64,000 bases of DNA, from NCBI GenBank assembly GCA_963784865.1, contig CAWATC010000012.1, forward strand, positions 15,578 to 79,577. The letters are read 5' to 3'. The position numbers and the translations under genes are program-made. Positions 10,249 to 21,293 of this stretch are shown in pieces; positions within the stretch are counted from its first letter, which is position 1; every line of letters starts with the position of its first letter. The stretch comes from an uncultured Verrucomicrobiae bacterium (GTDB taxonomy: Bacteria; Verrucomicrobiota; Verrucomicrobiia; Chthoniobacterales; UBA10450). The notes beneath the pieces were generated by a model that saw only the letters and a list, made by a program, of their open reading frames with translations, was not told the origin of the DNA and made no database searches.

Positions 10249-10659
10249 TCACTTCTGGCGGGTGACGACAACTCGCGTGAGGATTTTTTTGTGTTCGTTG
10301 CCCGCGTAGAGGCGGAATTCGTAGCTCATGCCGGTTTGGATCCAGGGAGCATCAGAGGAACCTTCTGCACCGCTCGCGAAAAGCACTTCCGGCTCGCCGT
10401 TCGTCGAGACGTAAACTTCAGCTGTTTCACTCAGTCCTGTACTCCACTTGATCGTTGTCTTTCCGGGCGTGGGTCCGGCTGGGACTGGGTTCGGCGAAGC
10501 GCTAATCATGGCGGATTCGCTGCGTGAAACCATTGGCGTCCCAGCGGGTGTCTGAGCGGAAGCGGAGTCAGTCACCGGAGGCGGGGCTTTCTTGTCGCAG
10601 GCCGCGAGAAAAAGCGCTCCGGCGATGACGAAACAATACCAAGGGGCGTGTGAGTTCAT
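10249..10659 (-). CDS. Small lipoprotein (signal peptide plus lipobox)
   Basis: 'MNSHAPWYCFVIAGALFLAAC|DKK' has an 'LAAC' lipobox, followed by a Pro/Ser-rich linker and a beta-rich domain ('TTIKWST...YEFRLYAG'). It lies directly downstream of the dual glycosyltransferase. Confidence 0.6.
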   Translation of the reverse strand: MNSHAPWYCFVIAGALFLAACDKKAPPPVTDSASAQTPAGTPMVSRSESAMISASPNPVPAGPTPGKTTIKWSTGLSETAEVYVSTNGEPEVLFASGAEGSSDAPWIQTGMSYEFRLYAGNEHKKILTRVVVTRQK

Positions 10660-10696
10660 ACCATGCGTTCTCCGCCGAAATCCGACTAGGCGCAAC

Positions 10697-13345
10697 TCAC
10701 GCGATTTTTTGCATCCCGTTCTTCGCGGTCAAATCTTCGAGCAATTGCGCGAGGCCTCGTGCTGCGACGGCGGGCGAGAAATGTTCCTCGATGTTCGTGA
10801 GACCGTTTCGCGAAAGTTCGTTCCAGAGCGCCGCGTCCCGGTGCAGCCGCACCACTTGGGTGGCGAAGTCGAGCGGGTCATCGGCCACGAGCGCGCTCTT
10901 CTCGTGCACCAGGTGCATTCCTTCGACGCCGATGCTCGTGGAGACCACGGGAACGCCGTGGCTCATGCTCTGATTGATTTTACCTTTCACGCCGGCTCCA
11001 AATCGCAGCGGGGCGACGGAAAGGAGGCACGACTGGAAGAGGGATTCCACCTTCTCCACGTATCCGTGGGGAATGACGGATTTGCTGGCCAGCGCGAGAA
11101 TGCTCTCCGGCGTCTTGCTGCCGACGATATGCAGAATGCTGTCAGGTAATTGTTCCAGGATGCGTGGCATGATCTCCTGACAAAACCAAAGCATCGCATC
11201 GACGTTCGGCGGGTGTTCGAAGCCCCCGATGAAGACCAGACCGTGACGCGCCTCGTAAGGGGGGATGTCTCGGGACACTTCGTGGATGTTTGAGATCACG
11301 GCGATCGTTTGCTCCGGCACTTGCGATGCGAGGACATCTTTCTCCTCCGCGCTGACGACCAGGACCGCGTCGCAATCGCGCGTGACCGTCAGCTCCACTC
11401 CCTCGAACTCCTCGGCTCGCTCCCGCGCGATCTCTTCGCCCGTGAGTTCGGCTTCGCGCTGATGGCGCACAAAGTGCAGGTCCACGGTGTCGAAGACGAC
11501 CGGAATCTTGGGCACGATGGCGCGGCAAATCGGAAGCACCGTGGCCGCGGTTTCCGCGCGGGATAGGATGATCAGGTCGAATTCGGAGCCCCGCTCGGAA
11601 ATGAGGCTCTCAAAATCTCCGAAGAAAGGTTCGTAAAGGCACTCGACCCCGCTGTCCTGCAAGCGGTCGGTGTACGGATGAACGCGTTGCTTGTTGAAGG
11701 GCGCGAAGGTTACCTGAAAATCGAGGTCGCGCAGAATCTCGAGCAAGCGGACCATGCGGAGCGACCCTGAGTCTTGATCTGGACAGGGGATCCGCGCATC
11801 GACCACCAGCGCCCTTTTTGACAAGGTGCGCTGGCTGGCGCGCCGCAGGTGCTCGGGTCGATTGTCGGGAAAATCACGCAGGACGTTTTCCCACTTCTCC
11901 CGAAACTTGGTTTGGTTAACGACCTGGTAGCTCTTCACCCCGCGAGCGGTGTCGGTCCCGCCGGTTTGCCCTTCATGATGAATCACGACCGCGCGCGGCT
12001 GGTAGTAAACCTTCCGCCCGGCGGCCCGAACTTGGAACGCAAGATCGGTGTCCTCATAGTAGGCTGGAGCGAACCGTGGATCGAAACCTCCCAAATCACG
12101 AAAGAGGGCGGTCGGGATGAGGATGCATGCGCCGGAGCAGTAATCGACTTCACGCAGGAAGTTATACTCTGGCTTCTCCGGATGATCGCTCCGGCCATAG
12201 TTAGCGCCGGAAGCGTCACGCCAGATGATGCCACCGGCCTCTTGCAAACGCCCATCAGGATAAACCAATTTGGCTCCCACCAGTCCGGCGCTCTCATCTT
12301 TTTCAAAAACGCTGAGCATTGCGCCCAGCCAGCCGGGCGTCACCTCGGTGTCATTGTTTAGAAAGAGGAGATATTTTCCGCGCGCCATTTTCGCCGCCTC
12401 GTTACAGCTGTGGAGAAAACCGCGGTTTGATTGGTTGGTAAGAATCTGGAGGCCCTGGGCGCGTGCCAGGCTCCGCGCGGTCGCCGCGGAGGAATGATCG
12501 TCGATCACGATCACTTCATAGCTCGCCGGGTCCGTATGCCGGAGGATCGATTTGAGGCAGGCGAGGGTGACATCGAGCTGATCGTAGACCGCGATGACAA
12601 TGGAGACTTTTGGTTCTTCGAGCCGCGGAAAGGACAGCAGGGCGGCGCGCTGTTCGTCGAGCAACTCCAGGAAATCGCGCACCGCGCCCCGCTCGATCGC
12701 GATCCCGTTCTCGAGCGGATGAAAAACGATCGCGCCAGATTCGAGTTGTGCTTTGAGAGTGAGTGAAGCGCCTAACCCGGCACTGGTCTCACAAAGGAAG
12801 CCGGAGCGCTTGCTCTCCGGGCGATCGGGGAAGCTTTGCGCGACGTCGGCGCGCGCGAGGCCGTATTGACACGGAACAGCCGCATCGCCGACCAGCATGG
12901 TAAGATGGGTGATCGGCTCTTGAGGATGGAACGCCCAACCCGAGAGGGTAACCGGAGTTCCGTCGCCTCCGCTCCTCGCGCTGGGGTCGAGATAGCCGAC
13001 AAGCGGCGCCAGCTCAACGCACAGAGGAAGGGACTCTGCGCGAAGCCAATCAGCGCCATTGCTGCTCAGCTCAAAATGAGCCCAATGGAATCCCAATGGC
13101 AGCCAGGTGCGCAGAGCAAAGCCCGAGTTTGCCGCCTGGGGAAAATCCGTAAAGAGGGCGGCGATGTCGGGTCGCTTATGGCCCGACTCGCAAAGGTAGC
13201 GTCGTTCGCCAACTACCAGCCTGACTTGCGGAATCTCGGCTGACGTTCGATCAAAGCACCAGCCGTGAAGCTCCATCCCGCCGTGGTTGGCAAATAGGGG
13301 TTTCGGCGCATCGAAGCAAAACTGGTATTTCTTCAGGTCAGTCAT
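10697..13345 (-). CDS. Multidomain glycosyltransferase: two N-terminal 'GWCF/GWAF' domains, a central GT2 and a C-terminal GT4-like (GT-B) domain
   Basis: Intact 882-aa ORF. The GT2 region has '[10 protein letters not shown]...VIVIDDHSS...[10 protein letters not shown]'. The GT-B region has '[13 protein letters not shown]...LHIVGS...[28 protein letters not shown]'. Confidence 0.8.
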   Translation of the reverse strand: MTDLKKYQFCFDAPKPLFANHGGMELHGWCFDRTSAEIPQVRLVVGERRYLCESGHKRPDIAALFTDFPQAANSGFALRTWLPLGFHWAHFELSSNGADWLRAESLPLCVELAPLVGYLDPSARSGGDGTPVTLSGWAFHPQEPITHLTMLVGDAAVPCQYGLARADVAQSFPDRPESKRSGFLCETSAGLGASLTLKAQLESGAIVFHPLENGIAIERGAVRDFLELLDEQRAALLSFPRLEEPKVSIVIAVYDQLDVTLACLKSILRHTDPASYEVIVIDDHSSAATARSLARAQGLQILTNQSNRGFLHSCNEAAKMARGKYLLFLNNDTEVTPGWLGAMLSVFEKDESAGLVGAKLVYPDGRLQEAGGIIWRDASGANYGRSDHPEKPEYNFLREVDYCSGACILIPTALFRDLGGFDPRFAPAYYEDTDLAFQVRAAGRKVYYQPRAVVIHHEGQTGGTDTARGVKSYQVVNQTKFREKWENVLRDFPDNRPEHLRRASQRTLSKRALVVDARIPCPDQDSGSLRMVRLLEILRDLDFQVTFAPFNKQRVHPYTDRLQDSGVECLYEPFFGDFESLISERGSEFDLIILSRAETAATVLPICRAIVPKIPVVFDTVDLHFVRHQREAELTGEEIARERAEEFEGVELTVTRDCDAVLVVSAEEKDVLASQVPEQTIAVISNIHEVSRDIPPYEARHGLVFIGGFEHPPNVDAMLWFCQEIMPRILEQLPDSILHIVGSKTPESILALASKSVIPHGYVEKVESLFQSCLLSVAPLRFGAGVKGKINQSMSHGVPVVSTSIGVEGMHLVHEKSALVADDPLDFATQVVRLHRDAALWNELSRNGLTNIEEHFSPAVAARGLAQLLEDLTAKNGMQKIA

Positions 13346-14805
13346 GCTTCGGCGCCTTTTGCCATCAGCCGCCGCAGCTTTCGCTGCGACCTTCCAAAAG
13401 GCAGGATCAGTCTCCTCGAGACATGCTGTTTCAGGCGTTCCAACTGTTTTGCCTGCCTCTCGATTTCCGTCTGGAGAGCAGTCAACATCCCGCGCAGCTG
13501 GTCGCGTTCACTGGTCAGGGCTTCGAGCTGGCTTTGGACCTCCTGGAGGCGATTCACCGATCCGGTTCCTCGAACCAGTCGCCCGCGTAGAGTCAGCACT
13601 TCCCAGCGCGCGTCCACGACTTCGGCCTCGGCCCGGGCAAGTCGCTCATTCTTGAGCTCGAGGCGTGTCTTGAGGTGCTCATTCTCCTGGTGCTCCCGCT
13701 GGAGCAGGCTGAGCTGCGTTGCCTTTTCCTCGGAGTCACGCTGGAAGTGGGCCACCTGCCTGGCTCTCTCTTCGTTCTCGCGTTGAAGGATGCCGACGTG
13801 CCTTGCTTTCTCCTCAAAGTCGCGCTGGAAATGCTCTACTTGCCTGGCCCTCTCGTCGCTCTCGCGCTGGAGCAGGGTGACGTGTTTTGACTTCTCTTCG
13901 ACGTCGCGCTGGAAATGAGCGACCTGCCGCGTTCTCTCCTCCAGAGCGCGCTGAAGCTCTTCGATCTGCTGTTGTTTCTCCGCGTCCGACTGGGCCAGCT
14001 CGCCCAGCTTCGCCGAGATCTGCGCGGGCGTGTCGTAGCTATCCAACAAATTCCAGGCATCCGCGCTCTCAGGAAAATTTTCAAACATGCCGAGACTCAC
14101 TACCGGCAATGCCTTGTCCGAACAGACCGCGATCGAGTAGAGTCCGCGATAAACTCCCTGTTCTATCTCGATCCCGTCGAAGCCGCCGCGGAAAGTCGCA
14201 GCGGCGACTTTGGCGGAGGGTGCATCCGGGGCGATCCACGAACCGAGCACCAATCTTTGCTTCCCGACCACTACCTTCTTAAAGCTGGCGGCGATCAACT
14301 GGACAAAGTCATCGTGGTTTAGCTCGAGTTCGTGGAAGGGATTTCCTTCTTTCGACATCTTTCGATACTCCGCTTTGTGCGGACTCGAGATGACGAGAAT
14401 CCCTCCCGGAGCAAGCACGCGTCTGATCTCCTGCAGGAAGCGATCGTGTTCGCGAATGTGCTCGATCGTCTCGAAACTTGCGACCAGGTCCATGCTCTGG
14501 TCAGGGCAAGGGATCTCGGTGCACGAGCCCTCGAGAAAATGGAGGTTACGATGTCGATAAGAAGCCTTCGCATGCGCGATCGTCTCGGTGTCGATGTCCA
14601 CGCCGGTCACCTCGGCGGCCACGCCTGCGAGAAGCTTGGCGCCGTAGCCCTCGCCACAAGCGATGTCCAGGACGCGCCTGCCTTTGGCCAGCCCGCACGC
14701 TATCGCGTATCGGTGCAGGTGCTCGTAAATCAGCGGCCGGTGACAGCTGGTGACCAGCCGCTCTCCCGTCCATGCGAGGGGTTCCGCAAGACGCTGCTCT
14801 TTCAT
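13342..14805 (-). CDS. Class I SAM-dependent methyltransferase fused to a long C-terminal coiled coil
   Basis: Intact 487-aa ORF. It has N-terminal '[17 protein letters not shown]' and 'FETIEHI'. The C-terminal ~200 aa are heptad-like and rich in E/R/Q. Its stop overlaps the start of the dual glycosyltransferase (ATGA at 13342-13345). Confidence 0.75.
   Translation of the reverse strand: MKEQRLAEPLAWTGERLVTSCHRPLIYEHLHRYAIACGLAKGRRVLDIACGEGYGAKLLAGVAAEVTGVDIDTETIAHAKASYRHRNLHFLEGSCTEIPCPDQSMDLVASFETIEHIREHDRFLQEIRRVLAPGGILVISSPHKAEYRKMSKEGNPFHELELNHDDFVQLIAASFKKVVVGKQRLVLGSWIAPDAPSAKVAAATFRGGFDGIEIEQGVYRGLYSIAVCSDKALPVVSLGMFENFPESADAWNLLDSYDTPAQISAKLGELAQSDAEKQQQIEELQRALEERTRQVAHFQRDVEEKSKHVTLLQRESDERARQVEHFQRDFEEKARHVGILQRENEERARQVAHFQRDSEEKATQLSLLQREHQENEHLKTRLELKNERLARAEAEVVDARWEVLTLRGRLVRGTGSVNRLQEVQSQLEALTSERDQLRGMLTALQTEIERQAKQLERLKQHVSRRLILPFGRSQRKLRRLMAKGAEA
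13687..13938 (-). repeat. Three tandem, diverged 84-nt (28-aa) repeats inside the coiled-coil region
   Basis: The units are 13687-13770, 13771-13854 and 13855-13938. They encode [56 protein letters not shown] and [28 protein letters not shown]. Confidence 0.85.
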
Positions 14806-14984
14806 AGGCGGATTTCAAAATGAGATTGGCAAGATTCTTTGCAACAACATTCGAATTTTCACTCGGAGCTCGGGGAGCCCCGCGGCCAGGGCTTCTCGAT
14901 CGTCTACCATTGCAGCCGTTTCGTGCTCGCTCCTGATTCTGACGGGTTTACCGGCGGGCAATTCCTGCGGAGAGTGCTGCACTA

Positions 14985-16668
14985 ATGGAGAGGACTTCCT
15001 GGGTGAAAAACGTCGACCCGCCCAGCCAGCCAGCCCTGACCGGAATGGTGGCGTGCACCATAGCGGCGCGGAACTATCTCCCGCAGGTCACGGTGTTGGC
15101 CCGGTCATTCAGACAGCATCACCCGGGCAGTCGTTTTTTCGTCCTCATGGTTGACGAACTCGATTCCAATCCGACGCGGGAAGACTCTTTCGAGGTCGTC
15201 AATCTCAACCAGATTGGTCTGGCCGCCGGCGATGAGCATCGAATGCCGCTCATCTACGATGTCACCGAGCTCTGCACGGCAGTTAAGCCGTGGCTCTTGC
15301 AGACACTTCTGCGGAGGGGCGCGAAGGCCGTCATATACTTTGATCCCGACATCGAGATTTTCGCTCCGCTCGATGATGTCGGAGAGCCTCGCCCGGCAGC
15401 ATACGATCGTTCTCACCCCGCACGTCACCGAGCCCATTCCGCGCGACAACCTCCGGATCACCGAAAGCGAGATTCTCGCCGCGGGGATCTACAACCTCGG
15501 CTTTATCGCCGTTGGCTCTGGCAGCGCAGATTTCCTGGACTGGTGGGCCGCCCGGCTGCGTCGGGATTGTGTCATCGATCATGCGCGGATGCGCTTTGTT
15601 GATCAGCGCTGGATCGATTTCGTCCCAGGTTTGTTTCCTCATTACATCCTGCGCGATCCTGCATGCAACGTCGCCTACTGGAATTTGCACAGCCGGGATC
15701 TTACCTGGACGTGCGATCATTATGAAGTGAATGGAAGGCCGCTGCGATTCTTTCACTATAGCGGTTACGAACTCGATAAACCGGATTTGCTGAGCAAACA
15801 CCAGGGTGATCGCCCGCGCGTCCTTCTGAATGACCGCCCGGGGTTGGCGCGAATCTGCCATGAGTACCGCGACAAGGTGCTGGCGGAACACTTCGAGGAA
15901 AAAAAGAGCGTTCCCTACGGCTTCGATTCCCTTCCCGGCGGTCTGAAGATCGATCGTCATCTGCGCCAGCTGTATCGGGACGAGCTGCGGAGATTCGAAG
16001 AAGGTCAGGGAGCGGCGCCGCCAGACCCGTTTGCCGCCCGTGGCGAGGAGGCATTTATCGAATGGTTATCGCTTGCACCGATCCGCGAGAAAATCGATTC
16101 GATCCGCGGGCTGCACCGCTTTACCACGACCGACGCCGAGCAGCTTCGTTCGCGGCTCCAGGAGACTGAACGCGTCCTCTGGGATACCAGGGTAAACCGC
16201 GCGGACGCCACGGCGTGGGCCACGAGTCTGGAAAGCAACTTGCAACGGATTCGGCAATCAGCCGTCTGGAAAACAGTCAAACCGCTTTGGAAAATTCTCA
16301 ATCGTTCCCCGAAAGTTGAAGACGCACGCCTGGACACTGATCTGCTCTTCGAGATCGAGGCACCCACGGAGTGGATCACTGGCGGCGACGAAATGGTCAT
16401 CTCCGGTTGGTGCTTCTCGCGGACTGGCCGCGAACTCGCCGGAATCAGGGCGATAGTTGGCACGAAGGGCCGAATCGCCCGGTACGGAATCGAGCGGCCC
16501 GAGGTTTTCAGTTCGCATCGCGAGATGCCCCTGGCGCTTAACTGCGGTTTCGAGGTAACGATTCAAGTGCCGCCGGGGAATGGCGCGCTACGTCTTGAAA
16601 GCATCGTTCTGGGCGACGAATGGCGGACCTTTTTTCAACACGAACTAATAAGAGAACCGCTTCCCTAA
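14985..16668 (+). pseudogene. Putative glycosyltransferase (nucleotide-diphospho-sugar transferase, GT8-like N-terminus) with a C-terminal 'GWCF' domain, frame-disrupted (one shift near 15380)
   Basis: 'VACTIAARNYLPQVTVLARSFRQHHPGSRFFVLMVD...IYFDPDIEIF' in one frame continues as 'LARQHTIVLTPHVTEP...NLGFIAV...QRWIDFVP' in the next. An alternative start lies at 15045. Confidence 0.55.
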
Positions 16669-16757
16669 GACGCGAGCGATCAGCTACGAGAGACGACCCG
16701 CCCTTTGATCAACTCGGGTCCGATTCCTAATTTCGCGCTCGTGGCGATGGACCACCT

Positions 16758-19339
16758 GTGACTTCTCAATACCTCCGCCTTTTTCAGTGGCATGTCCTGC
16801 GCTACCTCGCGCGGCATCGCCTGCTGGCGTTGCTCAATGTCTGCAGCGTGGCGCTCGGCGTGGCCGTGTATCTCGCGATTCAAATTGCGAACCACAGCGC
16901 CAACCGGGCGTTTGCCGCGACCATCGATGTCGTGGCCGGGAAGGCGGATCTGGTCATCACCGGATCGGTGGCGGGATTGCCAGAAACGGTTTTCCCGGTC
17001 GTGGCGGGTCAGCCCGGAATCTCCGCGGCCACGCCGCTGGTGCGCGGGATGGTCACGCTTCCCGATTTGCCTGGCGAATATCTTGTCGTCCTCGGGGTCG
17101 ATATTTTCACCAACGCGCCCTTTCGCACCTTTGAGCTGACGGATTTCAAAGCGGGCGAGTTCGATGTCCAGCGGTGGCTGGGGGAGGCGAATGCGATCGC
17201 CGTGTCGGAGGAGTTTGCGCGCCTTCATCACCTGCAGCGCGGGAGATGCGCTGCGCGTGCAGGTCAACGGGGCGGATCGGTCCCTGCACGTCGGATTCAT
17301 TCTGCGCACGAGCGGCGCGTCGGCGCTGGATCCGCATTTTGCGGCGATGGATATCGGCTGGGCGCAGGAGTTCTTCGGTCGCCGCGGCGTGCTCAGCTCG
17401 ATTCAAGTGCAACTGACGCAGCCGCGCGACCGGGACGCCGTGAGCGCGAGTTTGCGCAGCATTCTTCCGCCGGATGCGAGGGTCGCAACTCCAGCGCAGC
17501 GGGGCGAGCAAGTGCAGAAAATGCTCGGCGGCTTCGAACTCAATCTCACCGCGATGAGCCTGGTTTCGTTGCTCGTCGGCATGTTTCTCATTTACAACAC
17601 GGTCTCGGCTTCGGTCGTGCGGCGGCGGAGCGAGATCGGGATCCTGCGTTCGTTAGGCACGACGAGGAATGAAGTGCGCGCGCTTTTCCTCGCGGAAGCT
17701 TTCGTCCTCGGCGTGATCGGTGTGGTCGTGGGATCGATCGGAGGTTTGCTGCTCGCGCGGGTTCTTGTCGGGACGGTCTCGGAAACGATTTCGTCGCTCT
17801 ACGTTTTGCTCAGCGTGAGGGAGGTGGCGGTCACGCCCTGGATGTTCGGCTCGGCGGCGTTGCTCGGGCTGGTCTCCGTCATGGTCGCGGCGTGGTTGCC
17901 GGCAGCCGCCGCGGCGAAGATGGATCCGGTGCGCGCGCTGCGTGCCGGTTCCATCATCGAACAATCCGCCGACCTTTCGCCGGCCTGGTTTTGGCTGGGA
18001 CTGATCTTCCTCGGTGGAGCCGGCGTGCTCTCGTTCGTCGCGCTAACGACTGGTCCGCCGTGGATCGCGTTCGGCGCCGCCTTTTGCGTGCTGGCGGGTT
18101 TTTCGTTCATGGTTCCCGGAGGCGACCTCGCGCTTCAGCGCTGGCGCGAGCCGGTTCCTCGCGGCTGCGCGCGACGCTTCGGTTATCGGCGGTCGAGGCG
18201 AATCTGGCTGCCGGAAATCTCTCGCGTTCGCTGGTGCGCAACTCGGTCACCATCGCCGCGCTCGCCGCGGCCGTGGCGATGGCGATCGGCGTCAGCGTGA
18301 TGGTGTTTTCGTTCCGCCGGACGGTGGAATCGTGGATCGATCAAACCCTGATCGCGGATCTCTTCATCGCCCCGGCCTCGAACGAGATCGTCGGCCCGTC
18401 GTCGTTTATGCCGCCGGAGGCGATCCGCTTTTTCGAGAATCATCCGGCCGTGGCGGCGGTCGATACCTTCCGCGAGGTGGATCTGCCGATGAACGGCGAG
18501 ACGGTCGCGGTGGCGGTGGTGCGCGGCAGCGATCGCCGGCGCCTGCATTTCCTTCGCGGCGACGGTCGCAGCGATCATGCAACGCTTTTACCACGAGCAA
18601 TGCGTTCTCGTGTCCGAGAGCTTCGCGCGCCGGCACCGCGTGCGCGATGGCGATGACGCTGCCTTTATCGACGCCGGAAGGCGCGCGCCGTTTCCCGATC
18701 GCCGGCACATTCTACGATTACACGCGCGACCAGGGCGTTGTTTACATGAGCGCGAAGACTTTTGTCGCGATTTGGAAAGATGAGCGCGTGAACAGCCTGG
18801 CGGTTTATTTGCAGAATGCCGGTTCGCCGGACGCGCTCATCGCCGATTTCCGCGCAAAGTTCAGCACGGCTGGGCAGTTCATGATGTTGTCGAATCGCGA
18901 TCTGCGGACATGGGTTTTCGAGATTTTTGATCAGACATTTGCGGTCACCTACGTGCTGCGGACGATTGCGGTGATCGTCGCGATTGTCGGGATTTTCCTG
19001 ACCTTGACGACTTTGATCGCCGAGCGTTCGCGCGAACTGGGAATTTTTCGCGCGATCGGCGGAAGCGCGGCGCAGTTGCGCAGACTTCTGCTCTGGGAGT
19101 CGGCGATGATTGGATTGCTCGCCGCCATCATCGGACTCGCGTCCGGCCTTTGTCTCGCTTTCGTTCTCACCGGAGTGATCAATCGCGCTTTCTTTGGCTG
19201 GACGATTCAGCTGGCGTTTCCGTGGGCCTCGCTTTCCTGGACGCCGGTCTGGATCGTCGCCGTGGCGGTGTTGGCCGGCCTGATTCCTGCCTGGCGCGCG
19301 GGCCGACTCGTCGTCACGGAGGCGTTGCGCGACGAATGA
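16758..19339 (+). pseudogene. ABC-transporter permease with two FtsX domains (MacB/AttFG-like), frame-disrupted (at least 4 shifts)
   Basis: There are two FtsX signatures, 'SEIGILRSLGTTRNEV' and '[16 protein letters not shown]'. The fragments at 16758, 17164, 17892, 18577 and 18332 join into one ~860-aa protein. Confidence 0.75.
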
Positions 19340-19361
19340 GAGGAAGTTCGAAGCTCGACGT

Positions 19362-20440
19362 TTGATGTTCGATTCGGCGATCGCGCTGGCGACCTGCTGC
19401 CTCGCGGCCGATTGGCAAATTGCCGAGCCGGGATGGAGCTACGAGTTTCCGCGCGATCATCACGCTCATCCTGAGTTCAAGACCGAGTGGTGGTATTTCA
19501 CCGGGAACGTGGCGGACGCGGAAGGCCACCGCTTCGGCTATGAGCTGACGTTTTTCCGGCAGGGGATCGCGCCACTCGCGGAGCGTGATCCAAACGCGTC
19601 GCGCTTCGTGGTCAATGATCTGAAGTTCGCCCATTTCGCGGTGACCGATGTCGCGAAGCAGCAGTTTCGATTTGAACAAAAAATGAGCCGGGGAGCTTTC
19701 GGCGAGGCCGGGTTCGATAACGGCCAGCAGTTGGCCTGGATCGATAACTGGACGCTGGCCACCAATGGCGACGACGCGTTCGATCTCACGGCATCGTCAA
19801 AGGAGGGGACGATTCATCTGCACCTGCGCGCGACCAAGCCGCCGGTCATCCATGGAGAAGGCGGGATCAGCGCGAAGGCGAGTGGCGACGGCCACGCCTC
19901 GCATTATTACTCAATCACGCGTTTGGAGACGACGGGCGAATTCTTCGGCGGCGGAAAATCGCAGGCCGTTCGCGGCGAAAGCTGGTTCGATCACGAGTGG
20001 GCGACGAACCAACTCGCGCCAGGACAGGTCGGTTGGGATTGGCTTTCGGTGCAGTTCGATGACGGCAGCGAACTGATGCTCTATCAGATGCGGTTGGAGA
20101 ATGGCTCTGCCGATCCGGCTTCGAGTGGAACGTTGATCGCGGCCGATGGCACGAGCGCTCACCTATCGAGCAGCAGCTTCCAGATGACGCCGACCGATTT
20201 TGGAAGAGCGGCCGGAGCGGCGCGAAGTATCCGATCGGATGGCGAGTCGATCTGCCCGAACGCGACTTGCATTTTACCGTGCGCGCGGCGGTCGAGAACC
20301 AGGAGCTGTCCTTTCCGCCGCTGGTCTATTGGGAAGGCGCGATCGAGGTGACGGGCACGCGCGACGGCCAGCCGATCACGGGTCGCGGTTATCTGGAGTT
20401 AACCGGATACGCGGGACCGCTGCGGGAATTGCAGCGATGA
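19362..20440 (+). pseudogene. AttH-like lipocalin / carotenoid 1,2-hydratase-family protein, frame-disrupted (one shift near 20195)
   Basis: 'HPEFKTEWWYFTGN' and 'SHYYSITRL' are present. The C-terminus 'YPIGWRVDLPERDLHFTVRAAVENQEL...YWEGAIEVTG...GRGYLELTGY' is read in a third frame that ends at TGA 20438-20440. Confidence 0.65.
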
Positions 20441-20477
20441 CTCTTGAACTCCGGTAAGAGTATGAGCAGGAGGGGAC

Positions 20478-20651
20478 TTACGCCTGCGTGTGCCGCGCGT
20501 AATGAACTTCGGCACCCTTCGGCAGCAGACGTTTACGGCCGCGCTGGCGACGGCGGGCCAGACAGGCACGACCGGCTTTGGTGCTCATGCGCGCGCGAAA
20601 ACCGTGCTGATTCTTCCGGGTGCGCTTCGAGCGCTGTAGGGTGCGTTTCAT
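20478..20651 (-). CDS. rpmH: 50S ribosomal protein L34
   Basis: My own translation of the minus strand gives '[42 protein letters not shown]...'. At 57 aa it falls below the ORF-track cutoff. Confidence 0.8.
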   Translation of the reverse strand: MKRTLQRSKRTRKNQHGFRARMSTKAGRACLARRRQRGRKRLLPKGAEVHYARHTQA

Positions 20652-20773
20652 AAACAGAATCCCGCCAGAAACCGGCGAAGAGCGGCTACATTAGGGACGA
20701 GGTGGACTTTGTCAACGCGCGACGACAACGTGGCATTGCTACGACCACGCCTTTGTGGAATAACAAGGCGCCC

Positions 20774-21259
20774 ATGAGCGAGGTCGTAATCGAGCCGGCA
20801 ACTTTTGAAGACCTGGACGAATTGTCGCTCCTGCTCGGAGAGCTTTTCAACGTGGAAAGCGACTTCTGCCCCGACAAAGAGAAACAGCTCCGCGGGCTCC
20901 GCCTGATCTTTGAGCAGCCGAATCGCGGCCGCGTCTTCGTGCTCCGTCAGGACCGAACCATCGTCGGCATGATCAATCTGCTCTTCACGATCAGCACGGC
21001 GGAAGGCGGATTCGTCATCCTCCTCGAGGATCTGGTGATTCACAAAGGTTTCCAGGGGAAAGGCTACGGCTCGCGGTTGCTCGAATACGCAATCAATTTC
21101 GCCAAGCAGAAAAATTTCCTCCGCATCACACTCTTGACCGACCGGCCGGAGCTGCGTTCGCAAAATTTCTTCAAGCGCCACGGCTTCCACGAATCGTCCA
21201 TGATGCCGATGCGCCTGCTCCTGCCGCCGCACGAAGGACGCACGGAAGTGACCTTGTAG
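20774..21259 (+). CDS. GNAT-family N-acetyltransferase
   Basis: 'LEDLVIHKGFQGKGYGSRLLEYAINFAK' matches the acetyl-CoA motif A (Q/RxxGxG). The start is chosen at 'MSEVVIEPATFEDL'. Confidence 0.75.
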   Translation: MSEVVIEPATFEDLDELSLLLGELFNVESDFCPDKEKQLRGLRLIFEQPNRGRVFVLRQDRTIVGMINLLFTISTAEGGFVILLEDLVIHKGFQGKGYGSRLLEYAINFAKQKNFLRITLLTDRPELRSQNFFKRHGFHESSMMPMRLLLPPHEGRTEVTL

Positions 21260-21293
21260 TTCGCGGCGGGCTAAACGCTGCGATCCAGAAATA

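Noticed and set aside
15331-15960. 209-aa minus-strand ORF
   Set aside because: It is antisense to the glycosyltransferase at 14985-16668, whose plus-strand translation is clearly protein-like.
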